64,000 nt of DNA from a bacterium (GTDB lineage Bacteria > UBA8248), in assembly GCA_965200245.1 (NCBI GenBank), contig CBDATS010000005.1, positions 256,001 through 320,000 of the forward strand, given 5' to 3'. Positions 20,189-30,956 of the stretch are shown piece after piece (position 1 is the stretch's first letter; every line of letters starts with the position of its first letter). The position numbers were made by a program, and so were the translations under genes. The notes under the pieces are model-generated. The model was not told the origin of the DNA, made no database searches, and saw only the letters and a list, made by a program, of their open reading frames with translations.

Positions 20189-20524
20189 ATGATGAACATC
20201 GGGGAAGAAAAAGCGGATTCTGTTATCGTGCTCACGATCGAAGGGCGTGCCGACGGTTTCACTGCGCCGGATCTCGAAAACCGGATTTCTGAAATCGTCG
20301 ATCGTGGTGACGTGCATGTAATACTTGATTGCGCAGAAATGACGTACATCAGTAGTGCCGGATTGCGCATTTTTCTCACAGGCGCCAGAAAATGCCAGCA
20401 GAACGGCGGCAAATTGATGATTTGCGCGCTGCAACCCGACTGCAAGTCTGTGATAGAAACCAGCGGTTTCCATACTGCAATCGATTGCCATAATACACGT
20501 GAGGCAGCCCTCGCGGTGTTTTAA
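20189..20524 (+). CDS. STAS-domain anti-sigma factor antagonist
   Basis: LDCAEMTYISSAGLR phosphoserine motif; AGGAGG RBS. Confidence 0.9.
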   Translation: MMNIGEEKADSVIVLTIEGRADGFTAPDLENRISEIVDRGDVHVILDCAEMTYISSAGLRIFLTGARKCQQNGGKLMICALQPDCKSVIETSGFHTAIDCHNTREAALAVF

Positions 20525-20535
20525 AGGAGTGCGCC

Positions 20536-21189
20536 ATGCTGACATTTGTCGATGAAATTTTGTTGCTGATGCTTGATGACGAGAAAGGTTCGTTCCTTCC
20601 GATTCGAGAAAGTACGATGGGATATGTGCTTGCGGGCGCCGTTTTGATGGACCTTGCGTTTGCAGGCCGCATCGACACCGACCCAAACCAGTTGATGGTA
20701 CTGGACAATTCACCCATCGGTCATCCAGTTCATGATCGTATTCTGAAAGACATCGCTGCGCACAACGAAACCAGAGATACAAAAGCCTGGATCGAAACCA
20801 TTTCCCGGGAGGCTAATGAAATCCGCGAGCAATCCCTGTCCAGCCTGGTCGATAACGGTATTCTGGAATCACAGGAAGAAAAGTTCCTGTGGGTTTTCAG
20901 GGCGCGGAGATATCCTGTGATCGATGGCCGCGCCGAGCGTGAAGTGAAACTGCGCATCACAGGTGTTTTGCTGTCAGATGAAACTCCGGATCCAAAAGAC
21001 GTCGCTATTATCTGTCTCGCCGATGCCTGTAACATTCTACGCGACGTGTTTTCCGATAGGGAAATCAAACGTATCCGGCCTCGTATCGAACAGGTCCGCA
21101 AGCTGGATCTGATCGGCCGTGAAGTCAGTGGGGCGATTCAGGAAATCGAGAAGGCAATTATGGCAGCGATGACGCACGCCCACCACTAG
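20536..21189 (+). CDS. GPP34/GOLPH3 (Vps74) family protein
   Basis: EILLLMLDDEKG, LAGAVLMDLAFAGRI, FLWVF..RRYP. Confidence 0.82.
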   Translation: MLTFVDEILLLMLDDEKGSFLPIRESTMGYVLAGAVLMDLAFAGRIDTDPNQLMVLDNSPIGHPVHDRILKDIAAHNETRDTKAWIETISREANEIREQSLSSLVDNGILESQEEKFLWVFRARRYPVIDGRAEREVKLRITGVLLSDETPDPKDVAIICLADACNILRDVFSDREIKRIRPRIEQVRKLDLIGREVSGAIQEIEKAIMAAMTHAHH

Positions 21190-21331
21190 AAACTGAAGAT
21201 TTTGAGCCTCGCTCAAGCCAAAGGACATCAGTATTTTCCATCTTGGTCGGAAAATAAGGAAGGGGTTTACCAAGCAGATTGAAGCCGACAGCGACGCAGG
21301 CACAGTATTACTTTAGTTCTACCTTATGACG

Positions 21332-21732
21332 TTATTCAGAAGTTCCAGGGTATTTCTCCTCTGCTTCCTCGGCCCCTCTCGCCATATTATAATCTTCATC
21401 CAGTTCCCCTGTTCCTGCCGGGAATTTCACGGTGAAGAAAGTGGCCTCGCCATCAACGGCCCTGCTCCTGTGATTCGTATACCTGGGAATGTGAATCAAA
21501 TCCCCACGCTCCACGATCTTGTCTTCTTCCCCCAGGATGTAGTGCAGCTTGCCATCCAGAACGAGCGTGAACTGCTCTTCATTCGGATGCATGTGCAGGG
21601 GGGGGGACCCTCTCCTTCCGGCTTCGTGACGATGCCCACCTTCATGAACTCGCCCGTAACGCTTTTGGCCTTGACCTTGGGATTCGTCTTGCTGTTGCTC
21701 TCCTTCATCCTTTCAATTTCGTAAAAAGGCAT
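21332..21732 (-). pseudogene. Cupin domain protein frameshifted in a C9 homopolymer
   Basis: MPFYEIE..KPEGEGP continues as LHMHPNEEQF in another frame across the G run at 21598-21606. Confidence 0.78.
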
Positions 21733-21761
21733 ACGCATCCTCTTCCTTGCTAGGGGGAAAT

Positions 21762-22883
21762 CTACATTTCCTCATATTCACTGATAGGCATGGGTAACGC
21801 GACCGGCTCTTTGCGTTTCGCTGAAACGTCCATCGCCATGGTGAGCAGCAGATTGCTGTGCCCGTCCTGTACGGTGGCATGCGGCGTGTCCAGTCCAGTG
21901 TAAACACGCCCGAACCAGGCATTCGTTTCTTCTCGCATCGGACCCCAGAGTTGTTCGAACACGATATCTCCGGGCGGATAACTCGCCAAAAAATCCACGT
22001 TACGCTTGATATCGGGCGTGTAGCCAGCAGGTTGCGCATTTTCACTGGCCAAAACCAAATCCCTATGTGTGTCATCGATGGTGAGAACACCTTCGGTTCC
22101 CACGATACCGATTTCAAGACTATAGACGGAACCGGGCCAGACCGTAGGCAGCGCCCAGGAAATGTTCATGCTCCATATTGTGCCGTCATCAAAAGTGAAG
22201 ATACCCAAAGTCGCGTCTTTGGTTCCATAGGACGCACCCAGCGCCTTATCCATAGAACGGGCATAGATCTCTACGGGTGTTTTCCCTTCCATCAACCACA
22301 TACAGATATCGAGGCTGTGCGTTCCCGAGACAACCATAGGCGTGAGTATGCCCCGGTATTCGGTTTTCTCTACCGTGGCTATGGGAACCAGGCGGTTCAT
22401 AAAAGCTCTAGTGACAACCGTGGTGACGTCGCCCAACTGACCGGTGCGTATCTTTTCCTTGGCGACCAGAAACCGCCTTCTGAATCGTTGTGTATAGCCG
22501 ACGACCGCATCAAGTCCCGCATCTTCGATGGCATTCAAAACCCGAGCCGAATCAGCCGCATTCGTAGCCAGCGGTTTTTCGATGAACAGGGCATGGCCCC
22601 CATCCACGGAAGCTAATATGGGACCTACGTGCTCGTTCTCCTCTGTGGCAATGATGGAAGCCGTCACCTCGGGACGAGCCAGGAGTTCCTTGTAATTTGT
22701 GGTGAAAAAATCAGCATTCGTGTCCTCGGCGAGTTTCCTTCCCACCTTCTCGTTGATGTCACAAAGGCCCAGCCACTCAACACCAGGATAGTCACGGGCA
22801 AATTCGGCGCGGATTCTACCGATCGTTCCGCAGCCTACAACTGCCAAACCGATGGGTGCTTTTTTCCCATTTTCGCTACTCAT
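21762..22883 (-). CDS. Gfo/Idh/MocA family oxidoreductase
   Basis: VVGCGTIG, FIEKPLA, GYTQRF, THSLD. Confidence 0.9.
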   Translation of the reverse strand: MSSENGKKAPIGLAVVGCGTIGRIRAEFARDYPGVEWLGLCDINEKVGRKLAEDTNADFFTTNYKELLARPEVTASIIATEENEHVGPILASVDGGHALFIEKPLATNAADSARVLNAIEDAGLDAVVGYTQRFRRRFLVAKEKIRTGQLGDVTTVVTRAFMNRLVPIATVEKTEYRGILTPMVVSGTHSLDICMWLMEGKTPVEIYARSMDKALGASYGTKDATLGIFTFDDGTIWSMNISWALPTVWPGSVYSLEIGIVGTEGVLTIDDTHRDLVLASENAQPAGYTPDIKRNVDFLASYPPGDIVFEQLWGPMREETNAWFGRVYTGLDTPHATVQDGHSNLLLTMAMDVSAKRKEPVALPMPISEYEEM

Positions 22884-22987
22884 TACCTACTCCCTGTAAT
22901 TTACAATTAAATTTTCGTGCGGCGCACCTAGAGACAATCTCAGCGGGGAAAATCACGCGCCAGCGCACAGAATGGACAACCCGGAAA

Positions 22988-23350
22988 CTAGTCTTTCAAT
23001 TCGATTCGAGTCCCCTCGAAGAGTCTGTCCCCTCGGTTCTCCACGGCGTGCAGTCCCTCTCTTTCCACCCAGAAGGGAACGCCTTCCCTCCGACCAGGGT
23101 TTACGACGCGGGCCTCGCCTTTGTCGTCGTAATAAATGATTTCCGGAAAACTCGTAATGGTGAATACACTCTCCCATTTGTGCGTGTGCTGTTTTTCCAA
23201 TTCACCCGGCTGAATCGTCACGCGCAAAACGCGAACCCGATCATTTTCAAAAATAATTTCGTGATTATCAGGAGCCGCTGTTACTGCATCCAGTTCTTCG
23301 GGTGTTCCGGGAATGTATTCGGGTCTTCCTGACCCAGTATTTTCGCTCAA
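22988..23350 (-). CDS. Cupin-like protein
   Basis: DAVTAAPDNH..FENDRVRVL, HTH, HAVEN. Confidence 0.8.
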   Translation of the reverse strand: MSENTGSGRPEYIPGTPEELDAVTAAPDNHEIIFENDRVRVLRVTIQPGELEKQHTHKWESVFTITSFPEIIYYDDKGEARVVNPGRREGVPFWVEREGLHAVENRGDRLFEGTRIELKD

Positions 23351-23388
23351 CTTCTATCCCCCCAGTGAAAAGACAAATTGCATACCTG

Positions 23389-24324
23389 CTAAGTGAACAA
23401 TGATTTCGGAAGCATGGCGTGAACCCCTTTCACGCCGTTTACGATTTGAGTAATTCTCAAGTCAACGGCCAGGCTGCAAAGCGTGTAGGCGTCATCCTTG
23501 CTCATCCCTCGCAACTCTCCCAAGAATCGAATCGTCTCCCGCAAAGCCATTTTGGCCGCATTGTCGAGGATGGTGTCGAACCCCATCAGGATATAATGCG
23601 TGTCGGTTTCCGCGCGGGGATTTTCGAGACGCAGGTCTTTTCTGAGGATAATTTCCATCGTCCCCGAAAGGCCCGTTTCGATAGCTGTCAGACATGCCTC
23701 TCCGTCTCCCTGACAGCCGTGCCCGTCGCCTACGGAAAACAAGGCGCCTTCGTTGAAAATCGGAAAATAGGCTATGGAACCAGAGATGAGTTCCTTGTTG
23801 TCCAGATTTCCACCCCAGGAGCTTGGGGGGTAACTCCCCACACGTCCCATGGAAGGTGGAGGCGCTACACCGAAATTTCCGAAATACGGCCTGAGGGGCA
23901 CCTTGACGCCCGCACCCCAGTCACCCGTTTGTTCTTTTAAATCGAGGTTCACAATGACAGCGCGTGTATACGGAAAATCCTCGGGCAATCCGCCCATCAT
24001 CGGCCGGATGGCGTTATATCCCCAGTCATAGCGGGTCTTGACTTCTTGGATGCGAACCTCGAGTACGTCTCCGGGCTGCGCGTCTTCTACAGCGACAGGG
24101 CCCGTCATGATATGGGGACCGAGTTCCTGGGGTACATCCGCGATGATGTTTCTCAAATTTCGGGATGCCCGATCTCCAAGTTCCGCCAGATATTCCTCTC
24201 GGCCCGATTCCGTATGAACTACCAGCGTGTCACCCGAACGAATGCGCATCACCGGCTCCAAAGAAGCATCATAATAGCCCCAATGAACAGTATCCGGTTT
24301 CGCAATCAATTCATGAGTCGCCAT
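23389..24324 (-). CDS. Acetamidase/formamidase family protein
   Basis: HWG, HIMTGP, GGNLD, GDGHGCQGDGE, TQIVNG. Confidence 0.9.
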   Translation of the reverse strand: MATHELIAKPDTVHWGYYDASLEPVMRIRSGDTLVVHTESGREEYLAELGDRASRNLRNIIADVPQELGPHIMTGPVAVEDAQPGDVLEVRIQEVKTRYDWGYNAIRPMMGGLPEDFPYTRAVIVNLDLKEQTGDWGAGVKVPLRPYFGNFGVAPPPSMGRVGSYPPSSWGGNLDNKELISGSIAYFPIFNEGALFSVGDGHGCQGDGEACLTAIETGLSGTMEIILRKDLRLENPRAETDTHYILMGFDTILDNAAKMALRETIRFLGELRGMSKDDAYTLCSLAVDLRITQIVNGVKGVHAMLPKSLFT

Positions 24325-24792
24325 CAACACACTCCTTCAACGAGAATACACTCCGGCAGCGTCGAATGAACGCCTTTTGTTACGTTCACAATCTGTTTGA
24401 CACGTAAATCGATCGCCAGTTTTCACAGCGAATAGGCGTCTTCCCTGCTCATACATCGCAACTCGCCAAGAAATTTTTGCGTTCCCCTGAATATCGTTTG
24501 AGCCGCGTTATCGAAAACCAGGCCAAACTCCATGAGGACCTGATGAGCGGGTGTCTTCGCGCGAGGCATTTCCAAACTCACATCCTTCCGCGCGATGAGT
24601 TCGACCTTCGCGGACACGCCACCCTCCAGGGCCGACAGACAACTTTTCCCTTCACCTTGGCAACTGTACCCTTCGCCTATGACGAACAATGCGCCATAGT
24701 TGAATACAGGCAGATAGACGCAAGGACCCGCGATAGATTCCCGGTTGTCCATGTTTCCACCCCAGATGCCCGGCGGAGTGGATGAAACCCGG
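24324..24792 (-). pseudogene. Degenerate C-terminal-half remnant of a third acetamidase/formamidase copy
   Basis: GRVSSTPPGIWGGNMDNRE..GEGYSCQGEG..AYSL*KLAIDLRVKQIVNVTKGVH aligns to both neighbours; metal ligands altered; N-terminal half absent. Confidence 0.8.
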
Positions 24793-24875
24793 CCGACGTC
24801 ATAACCCCACTAGATGGAATGGGGTTTTCGCAATCGCATATTCGGCCAAAGGCTGCCCTCTCCAGAGTTAAAAAC

Positions 24876-25811
24876 TCAACCGAACAGCGATTTGGGCACC
24901 ATCGCGTGCACCCCCTTGGTACCATTCACGATTTGGGTGACGCGCAAATCGACCGCCAAACTACACAACCTGTACGCGTCATCGCGGCTCATACCCTGAA
25001 GCTCTCCCAAAAACTGAATCGTCTCCCGCAAGGCCATCTTCGCCGCGTTGTCGAGAATCGGGTCGAAACCCATCAGGATGTAGTGTGACTCCGTTTCCGC
25101 GCGCGGGACTTTGATGTTTATATCCTTACGGACGTTCATTTCGAAAACGCCGATGAGACCCATCTCGATTCCGTTGATGTTCGCCTCCCCATCCCCCTGA
25201 CAGCCATGTCCGTCGCCTACGGAGAACAAGGCGCCTTCATTGAAAACAGGTAAATAAATCGACGAGTTGGCTGTGAATTCCTTACAATCCATATTGCCAC
25301 CCCACTCTCCTGGTGGAGACGACGACACGCGCCCAAGTGCCGGATCGGGTGCTACCCCGAAATTTCCGAAAAAAGGCCCGAGTGGCACCTTGACCCCCGC
25401 TCCCCAGTCCCCCGTTCCTCTCTCCTCATCTACCTCGACAATCACCATTCTAGAATAAGGGAAATCCTCCGGCAGACCACCCGCAAGGGGTCTGAAACCG
25501 TTGTAACCCCAGTCATAACGGGGCCTGATATCACGAATCTTAATCTCAAGAACATCGCCGGGTTTGGCACCCTCGACCGCCACTGGACCTGTCATGATGT
25601 GCGCCCCGGGACCGTGTTCCAAAGTCTCCAGGATTCGCTTTAGATTATCCGAGATTCTCTCGGGATGTTTTTCCAGAAAATCCTTGCGCCCAGATTCGGT
25701 CTTCACGACAAGCGTATCGCCGGAAGAAATCGTCATGACGGGAGCGAGAGCCGAGTCATAAAAACCCCAATGGCAGGTATCGACGGTGGTATCAAGTTCA
25801 TGCGTGGCCAC
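24876..25811 (-). CDS. Acetamidase/formamidase family protein
   Basis: Same motifs as 23389-24324; close paralog. Confidence 0.9.
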   Translation of the reverse strand: MATHELDTTVDTCHWGFYDSALAPVMTISSGDTLVVKTESGRKDFLEKHPERISDNLKRILETLEHGPGAHIMTGPVAVEGAKPGDVLEIKIRDIRPRYDWGYNGFRPLAGGLPEDFPYSRMVIVEVDEERGTGDWGAGVKVPLGPFFGNFGVAPDPALGRVSSSPPGEWGGNMDCKEFTANSSIYLPVFNEGALFSVGDGHGCQGDGEANINGIEMGLIGVFEMNVRKDINIKVPRAETESHYILMGFDPILDNAAKMALRETIQFLGELQGMSRDDAYRLCSLAVDLRVTQIVNGTKGVHAMVPKSLFG

Positions 25812-26462
25812 AAGAACTCCTCCATTTTTCTTAACTACGGCAAAAATAATACCCTGGAAGGATATCGTCAGGTTTCAGTGAACCCTGTACGATAAGGACC
25901 CTTTGGCATGTTCAGGATTCGCCGTGGACTCTATCATCTAGTGCCTTTAAGATCAAAAATCCAAAACCAAAACAAGCGGGTCGAAAACCGTTTTCACCAA
26001 CGAAGGTCAGGCGTCGCCGGTTTCCTCTTAAATCCGTATGGCCACTTTAGCCCGAAGCCCATAGGACCTTCGTTGATAATGAGGCGGGCACCAGGAACGC
26101 CTTTGCGTTTCATCAGAAGCGATCCAGCAACGAAATTCAAAGTTCACCGTATCGAACATTTCTGGATACCTCCCTTCGACCTAAAGGGAATTCCGCTTTC
26201 TGTGCTCATGTCAGCGTTGATAAGACCCACAATGGAACGAGATTGGAAAACCCAAAAACTGCTTGCTTGATAAGTATTTGCCGATAATCGACAAGCCTTC
26301 TTCCCTGAGTCGCAGATGAATAGTGGTAATCACTACAGCAGGATGTGAAATGCAGCCGTTTATTGATGTATGGTATGCAAGAATGAAACGCGGGCAAACA
26401 AGAAGTGATGGCTCGTGGAGATATGAAAATTGTCTGACGCAAAAAAGTGCTTGTCCAGATTG

Positions 26463-27713
26463 ATGCTACTATACACCTTGTTCGCAGCTGGGTTGTTACT
26501 TTCCGGCTGCGCCGACTCCCTTCACCCCAAGGTAAAACCAAGTTCCGTCAAAATCCTGAAAAACGCCATTGAGGTGGAGTTCAACGAACTGACCCGTGAA
26601 TTCGACCTAATCGACCAAAAAGGCGACTTGGCCCTTTGCGCTCCCCTGCACTTCGGGGTAGCGCGTTTCGCCGTCTATCAGGCAGTGGAGGAAAAAAGAA
26701 CTGCCACCATGGCACAATTGACCCGCTTCATCATCAGGGCACGAGCGGCTATCAAGCGGGCGGAAGAGAAGATGAAAAAAAATCAGTGCGTCGACCAGGA
26801 CGGTGACGGACTTACCGATCTTGTGGAAAACCACAAATACAATACCCAGCCGGATAACGCCGACACCGATGGAGATGAGGTTTCCGACACCCTAGAAATC
26901 CGCCGGTACCGAACCAACCCGCTCAAGGCCGATACGGATGGCGACCTGCTTGACGATGGAGACGAAATATCACGCGGCTTGAATCCGCTGCTCACTGATA
27001 GCGACGGGGACGGATATATCGACGGCATCGAGATCGCTCAAGGTTCGAACGCACGCGATGCATGTTCACAGCCACTAGATGCACAAAATCTAGACCGACT
27101 GCACGAATGCAGACCGAAACGAATTCATGCCAAACCCGTCCAAGCCAAGACACCACAAGAACGAACTCCAGTGACCACACTCAAGACGAAACAAATCTCG
27201 GACAAAAAGAGATTGCACAAGGCCGAAAAACCGAAAACGAAGCCTGCTTCCTCGTCATCCCCTAAAAGGCACCGAAAGCCCGAAAAAGTGAAGTTCGAGG
27301 ACAGAAAGCTGAAACCTTCTATCACCAGCAACGGGGCATATCCGGGGCAAAAAAATCAGGTGCCGCGAACCCTCCAAGAAAATACCACCACTTCTTCTGA
27401 CAATGCGGCACCAGCCAGTTCCGACCTCCATCATGCCAACGTGAATCACAATGAGATACTCATCCCCATACGGCCGAAAGCGAATCAACACGAAACGTCA
27501 AAAACAAATCTCGAGGAAAAACCAGGCAAGGCAAACCGCGAAGAACCTCAGGTTCACGCGCCTCTCACCGTTTCTCTCGCAGAGAACCACGAAAAACCGG
27601 AAAAACCCGCCGAAGCATCTTCCGTACCCCAATTTCCGAAGCCTGCCCTAAAAAAGAGATTTCCTCCTTCAAACGAGAAATTCCCCTCCGCGATTTTCAT
27701 GAGGTTGTGGTAG
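26463..27713 (+). CDS. Lipoprotein with Ca-binding DxDxDG (thrombospondin type 3-like) repeats and a K/P-rich disordered tail
   Basis: Lipobox LLSG-C; DQDGDG, DTDGDE, DTDGDL, DSDGDG repeats; start site uncertain. Confidence 0.72.
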   Translation: MLLYTLFAAGLLLSGCADSLHPKVKPSSVKILKNAIEVEFNELTREFDLIDQKGDLALCAPLHFGVARFAVYQAVEEKRTATMAQLTRFIIRARAAIKRAEEKMKKNQCVDQDGDGLTDLVENHKYNTQPDNADTDGDEVSDTLEIRRYRTNPLKADTDGDLLDDGDEISRGLNPLLTDSDGDGYIDGIEIAQGSNARDACSQPLDAQNLDRLHECRPKRIHAKPVQAKTPQERTPVTTLKTKQISDKKRLHKAEKPKTKPASSSSPKRHRKPEKVKFEDRKLKPSITSNGAYPGQKNQVPRTLQENTTTSSDNAAPASSDLHHANVNHNEILIPIRPKANQHETSKTNLEEKPGKANREEPQVHAPLTVSLAENHEKPEKPAEASSVPQFPKPALKKRFPPSNEKFPSAIFMRLW

Positions 27714-27862
27714 AGTCAGTTTTATCATTCTTGGTTGACTACAGATGTACATGCCGGAACGCGACCGGCCATTCATCATGGATACTATCTACCCGAGAAC
27801 CAATAACCATCGCATCGCGATTTGCATCGTTTTTTCTTCGTAGAACAATAGGAGCAAAGAAC

Positions 27863-29554
27863 ATGACGGAGCAGAAAACAGCCCTGAACCGATTCAGCTG
27901 CCGTATCACCCAGCCGCCCTCACAGGCTGCCTCTCAGGCCATGCTCTACGGTGCGGGGCTGGATGAAATCGACATGAAAAACCCACAGGTCGGCATCGCC
28001 AGCATGTGGTGGGAGGGAAATTCCTGCAACTTTCACCTAAACCGGCTTGCCGAATACATCAAGCAAAGTGTGAATGACGAAAAAAAAATGGTCGGCCTCA
28101 TTTTCAACACTATCGGCGTAAGCGACGGTATCTCCATGGGCACGGAAGGCATGAGATACTCCCTCCAGTCGCGAGACCTCATCGCCGATTCAATTGAGAC
28201 CGTCGTCGGCGCGCAGTGGTACGACGCCTTGGTCACCCTCCCGGGATGTGACAAGAACATGCCCGGTTCCATTATGGCAATGGCGCGACTCGACCGACCC
28301 AGCCTCATGGTATATGGCGGCACTATCAGTCCGGGATTCCTTAACGGAGAGAAGCTGGACGTAGTTTCCGCTTTCCAGGCTTATGGAGAGTACTTTTCCG
28401 AAAAAATCGATGAAGAGCGCTTCCAGTCGATCATCCGGCACGCCTGCCCGAGCGGGGGCGCATGCGGTGGCATGTATACGGCGAACACGATGTCCTCATC
28501 CATTGAAACGCTTGGAATGAGCCTACCCTACAGCTCGTCAAATCCCGCCATGAGCGATGACAAGAAAAACGAGTGCCACGACGTGGGAAAAGCCATTTAT
28601 CATCTGCTTGAGAACGACATCAAGCCCAGCGACATCATGACGAAACAAGCGTTCGAGAACGCGATCACCATCATTATGGCACTCGGCGGTTCTACGAACG
28701 CCGTGCTTCACTATATCGCGATCGCCAAAGCGGTTGGAGTCGAACTCACTATCAACGACTTTCAGGAAATCAGTGACAGAACGCCTTACATTGCGGACTT
28801 AAAACCCAGCGGGAAATTCGTCATGGAAGATCTCCACGACGTTGGCGGCGTGCCTGCCGTTCAAAAACTTCTCCTGAAAGAAGGTCTGCTCCACGGCGAT
28901 TGCCTCACCGTCACAGGCAAAACGCTCGGCGAAAACATCGAAGCCTTGCCCGACCTCCATGCGGACCAGAAAATCATCGTGCCACTTTCCTCCCCCATCA
29001 AGAAAACGGGGCACCTCCAGATTCTCTACGGAAACCTTGCGAGCGAGGGTGCCGTCGCCAAAATTACGGGAAAAGAGGGAGAGCGATTCGAGGGTCCTGC
29101 ACGCTGTTTTGATTCCGAGGAAGACGCCCTGAAAGGCCTGGAAGAGAAGAAGGTGAAAAAAGGTGACGTCGTCATCATCCGTTACGAAGGCCCTAAGGGC
29201 GGCCCGGGGATGCGGGAGATGCTCACGGTTACCTCCGCGATCATGGGAGCTGGTCTTGGAAACGACCTCGCCCTCATCACGGACGGCAGGTTTTCGGGCG
29301 GCACGCACGGCTTCGTCGTCGGGCACGTCACGCCCGAAGCCCAAAGCGGCGGTCTTCTCGCACTTGTCGAAGACGGCGACACAGTTCTGATCGACGCCCA
29401 AAATCGCGTTATGGAACTCAAGATACCCGAGGAGGAGATTGAGAGACGGCGTATGGCCTGGAGTGCACCCCCGCTGAAATTCACGAAAGGCACGCTCTAT
29501 AAATACGCCAAATGCGTATCTTCAGCTTCTGAAGGATGCGTGACAGACGAATAG
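27863..29554 (+). CDS. ilvD: Dihydroxy-acid dehydratase
   Basis: [43 protein letters not shown]. Confidence 0.96.
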   Translation: MTEQKTALNRFSCRITQPPSQAASQAMLYGAGLDEIDMKNPQVGIASMWWEGNSCNFHLNRLAEYIKQSVNDEKKMVGLIFNTIGVSDGISMGTEGMRYSLQSRDLIADSIETVVGAQWYDALVTLPGCDKNMPGSIMAMARLDRPSLMVYGGTISPGFLNGEKLDVVSAFQAYGEYFSEKIDEERFQSIIRHACPSGGACGGMYTANTMSSSIETLGMSLPYSSSNPAMSDDKKNECHDVGKAIYHLLENDIKPSDIMTKQAFENAITIIMALGGSTNAVLHYIAIAKAVGVELTINDFQEISDRTPYIADLKPSGKFVMEDLHDVGGVPAVQKLLLKEGLLHGDCLTVTGKTLGENIEALPDLHADQKIIVPLSSPIKKTGHLQILYGNLASEGAVAKITGKEGERFEGPARCFDSEEDALKGLEEKKVKKGDVVIIRYEGPKGGPGMREMLTVTSAIMGAGLGNDLALITDGRFSGGTHGFVVGHVTPEAQSGGLLALVEDGDTVLIDAQNRVMELKIPEEEIERRRMAWSAPPLKFTKGTLYKYAKCVSSASEGCVTDE

Positions 29555-29624
29555 AAGCAGGACAAAAGAACAGGAGAGAGGAGAGCAAACGACTCCCCTC
29601 TTCATTTGTAACCAATTTACTCGC

Positions 29625-30089
29625 CTATGTTGCGCCGGTTTTCCTTTTACGGTTGGCGTATTCCTTGAAATACCCTGCGATAAAGGAGTTCTCTCAGTCG
29701 AAATCGACGTCGCGCGCCTTTTGCAATACTTCGTCTCCGCCCAAGTCTTCTTCTTCGGCTAGATGAATCAACGAGCAAATCCCGGCTCGCCTCACGCCTT
29801 TTCAATGAACGTACACCAGACCGTCTTTTCTGGCCTTGTGAAGTGTTTGGTGGATTTCCGTCGACAATTCTTCGTTTATGCTATCGGCATTCACGGGGAT
29901 ATGCACGAAATTCATACCCAGTTCACACGCCGCTTTTCTCTCCGCATCGAGTGGCAGTTCCAACTCTTCTTCATCAGCCGAACGAACATTCACAACAAAT
30001 TTTATCCCTTTGTCCGCCAGAATCTTCATATCTGTTTTGCCAGGCTGACTTCCAAACACGAGATTTTCAGCCAACTCGAAATAACCCAT
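29625..30089 (-). CDS. DUF442/PTP-fold (sulfurtransferase-like) protein with two predicted Sec (TGA 29802-29804 and 29694-29696)
   Basis: GSQP..GIKFVVNVR..FVHIPV..VYVH-TGA-KGVRRAG matches the HCx4R loop; frame continues ..ARDVDFD-TGA-ENSFIAGYFKEYANRK.. to TAG at 29625. Confidence 0.8.
29770..29791 (-). promoter_or_regulatory. Putative SECIS hairpin
   Basis: GGCGAGC-CGGGAUUU-GCUCGUU, spanning +11 to +32 after the first UGA. Confidence 0.55.
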
Positions 30090-30113
30090 TCGATTTCTCC
30101 CGTATATTTGTTT

Positions 30114-30956
30114 TCAAACTCGTTGCACCAGTTCTCGACAACGAAGCAGGCAGGTCACCTTTTGCTCTTCCCCGTCACGCTTGTAAATCCCAAGCAGATT
30201 ATTAATCATTCTCTCCACAATGCGGCGGGGTGGTGTTTCCTGTAAAAACCGCATATCGAAATGATATCCGAGCCCCCGTACAATCGTCGCACAATCCTCT
30301 ACGTTCAAGCGTTTTCCTCTCTCGAAGGGATCTAAAAATATAGGGTCCCCTTCACCTTGATATTTGACGATGAAATGTCCCGGCATCCCGACTCCATGAA
30401 AAGGGAGTTTCAGCCGTCTGCCAAGAATCAAATATAAAGCAGAAAGCGATATGGGAATGCCCCGTCTCCGCTCCAGAACGCAATTCATGAAGCTATTCTG
30501 CGCAGCATAATAACTATCACGAGCTCCATCGAAGCGAAGCTCTCCGTGCAAGTATTCCACGACTTCATCGACGATGGCGTCCGCCCGGTTCATGCCCTCC
30601 AAACGTTCAAGCAAATGATTTTCCATGCCAAGCAGTTCGTCTTTATTCAACCTCAAGTCTTCGAGTGGATGGCCGAAGGACGCCAACAAGAAGCACGCGT
30701 CTTCCAGGTTCGCATCTTCTACCGAGGAAAGTGACCAGTCCGCAAAAGCGATTTCGATTTGATTGTAATGGAATTGCAGCAGCGACGGAGGAAGAATCAC
30801 CTCGTTCGCCTCACTTCTCTTCATCATGCAAAGAAGTCTTCTCTGCTCGTCAGTCGAGAATCCGGAAACCTGTCGGTCCAAAACCGTCGTTACATCTGGT
30901 GAACCGTCACTCAACAAATGACAGATGGCCTCTAATTGCGAGTCACTCAAAGACAA
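30114..30956 (-). CDS. SirB1 family (transglutaminase-like) protein
   Basis: NSFMNCVLERRRGIPISLS, GVGMPGHF, DPF..G, RMINNL. Confidence 0.88.
   Translation of the reverse strand: MSLSDSQLEAICHLLSDGSPDVTTVLDRQVSGFSTDEQRRLLCMMKRSEANEVILPPSLLQFHYNQIEIAFADWSLSSVEDANLEDACFLLASFGHPLEDLRLNKDELLGMENHLLERLEGMNRADAIVDEVVEYLHGELRFDGARDSYYAAQNSFMNCVLERRRGIPISLSALYLILGRRLKLPFHGVGMPGHFIVKYQGEGDPIFLDPFERGKRLNVEDCATIVRGLGYHFDMRFLQETPPRRIVERMINNLLGIYKRDGEEQKVTCLLRCRELVQRV

Noticed and set aside
24423-24425. TGA aligned to the Cys of AYxLCSL in the amidase remnant, a possible sixth Sec gene
   Set aside because: It lies in a truncated copy with degraded metal ligands and no convincing downstream hairpin. A TGY-to-TGA change by decay is the simpler explanation.
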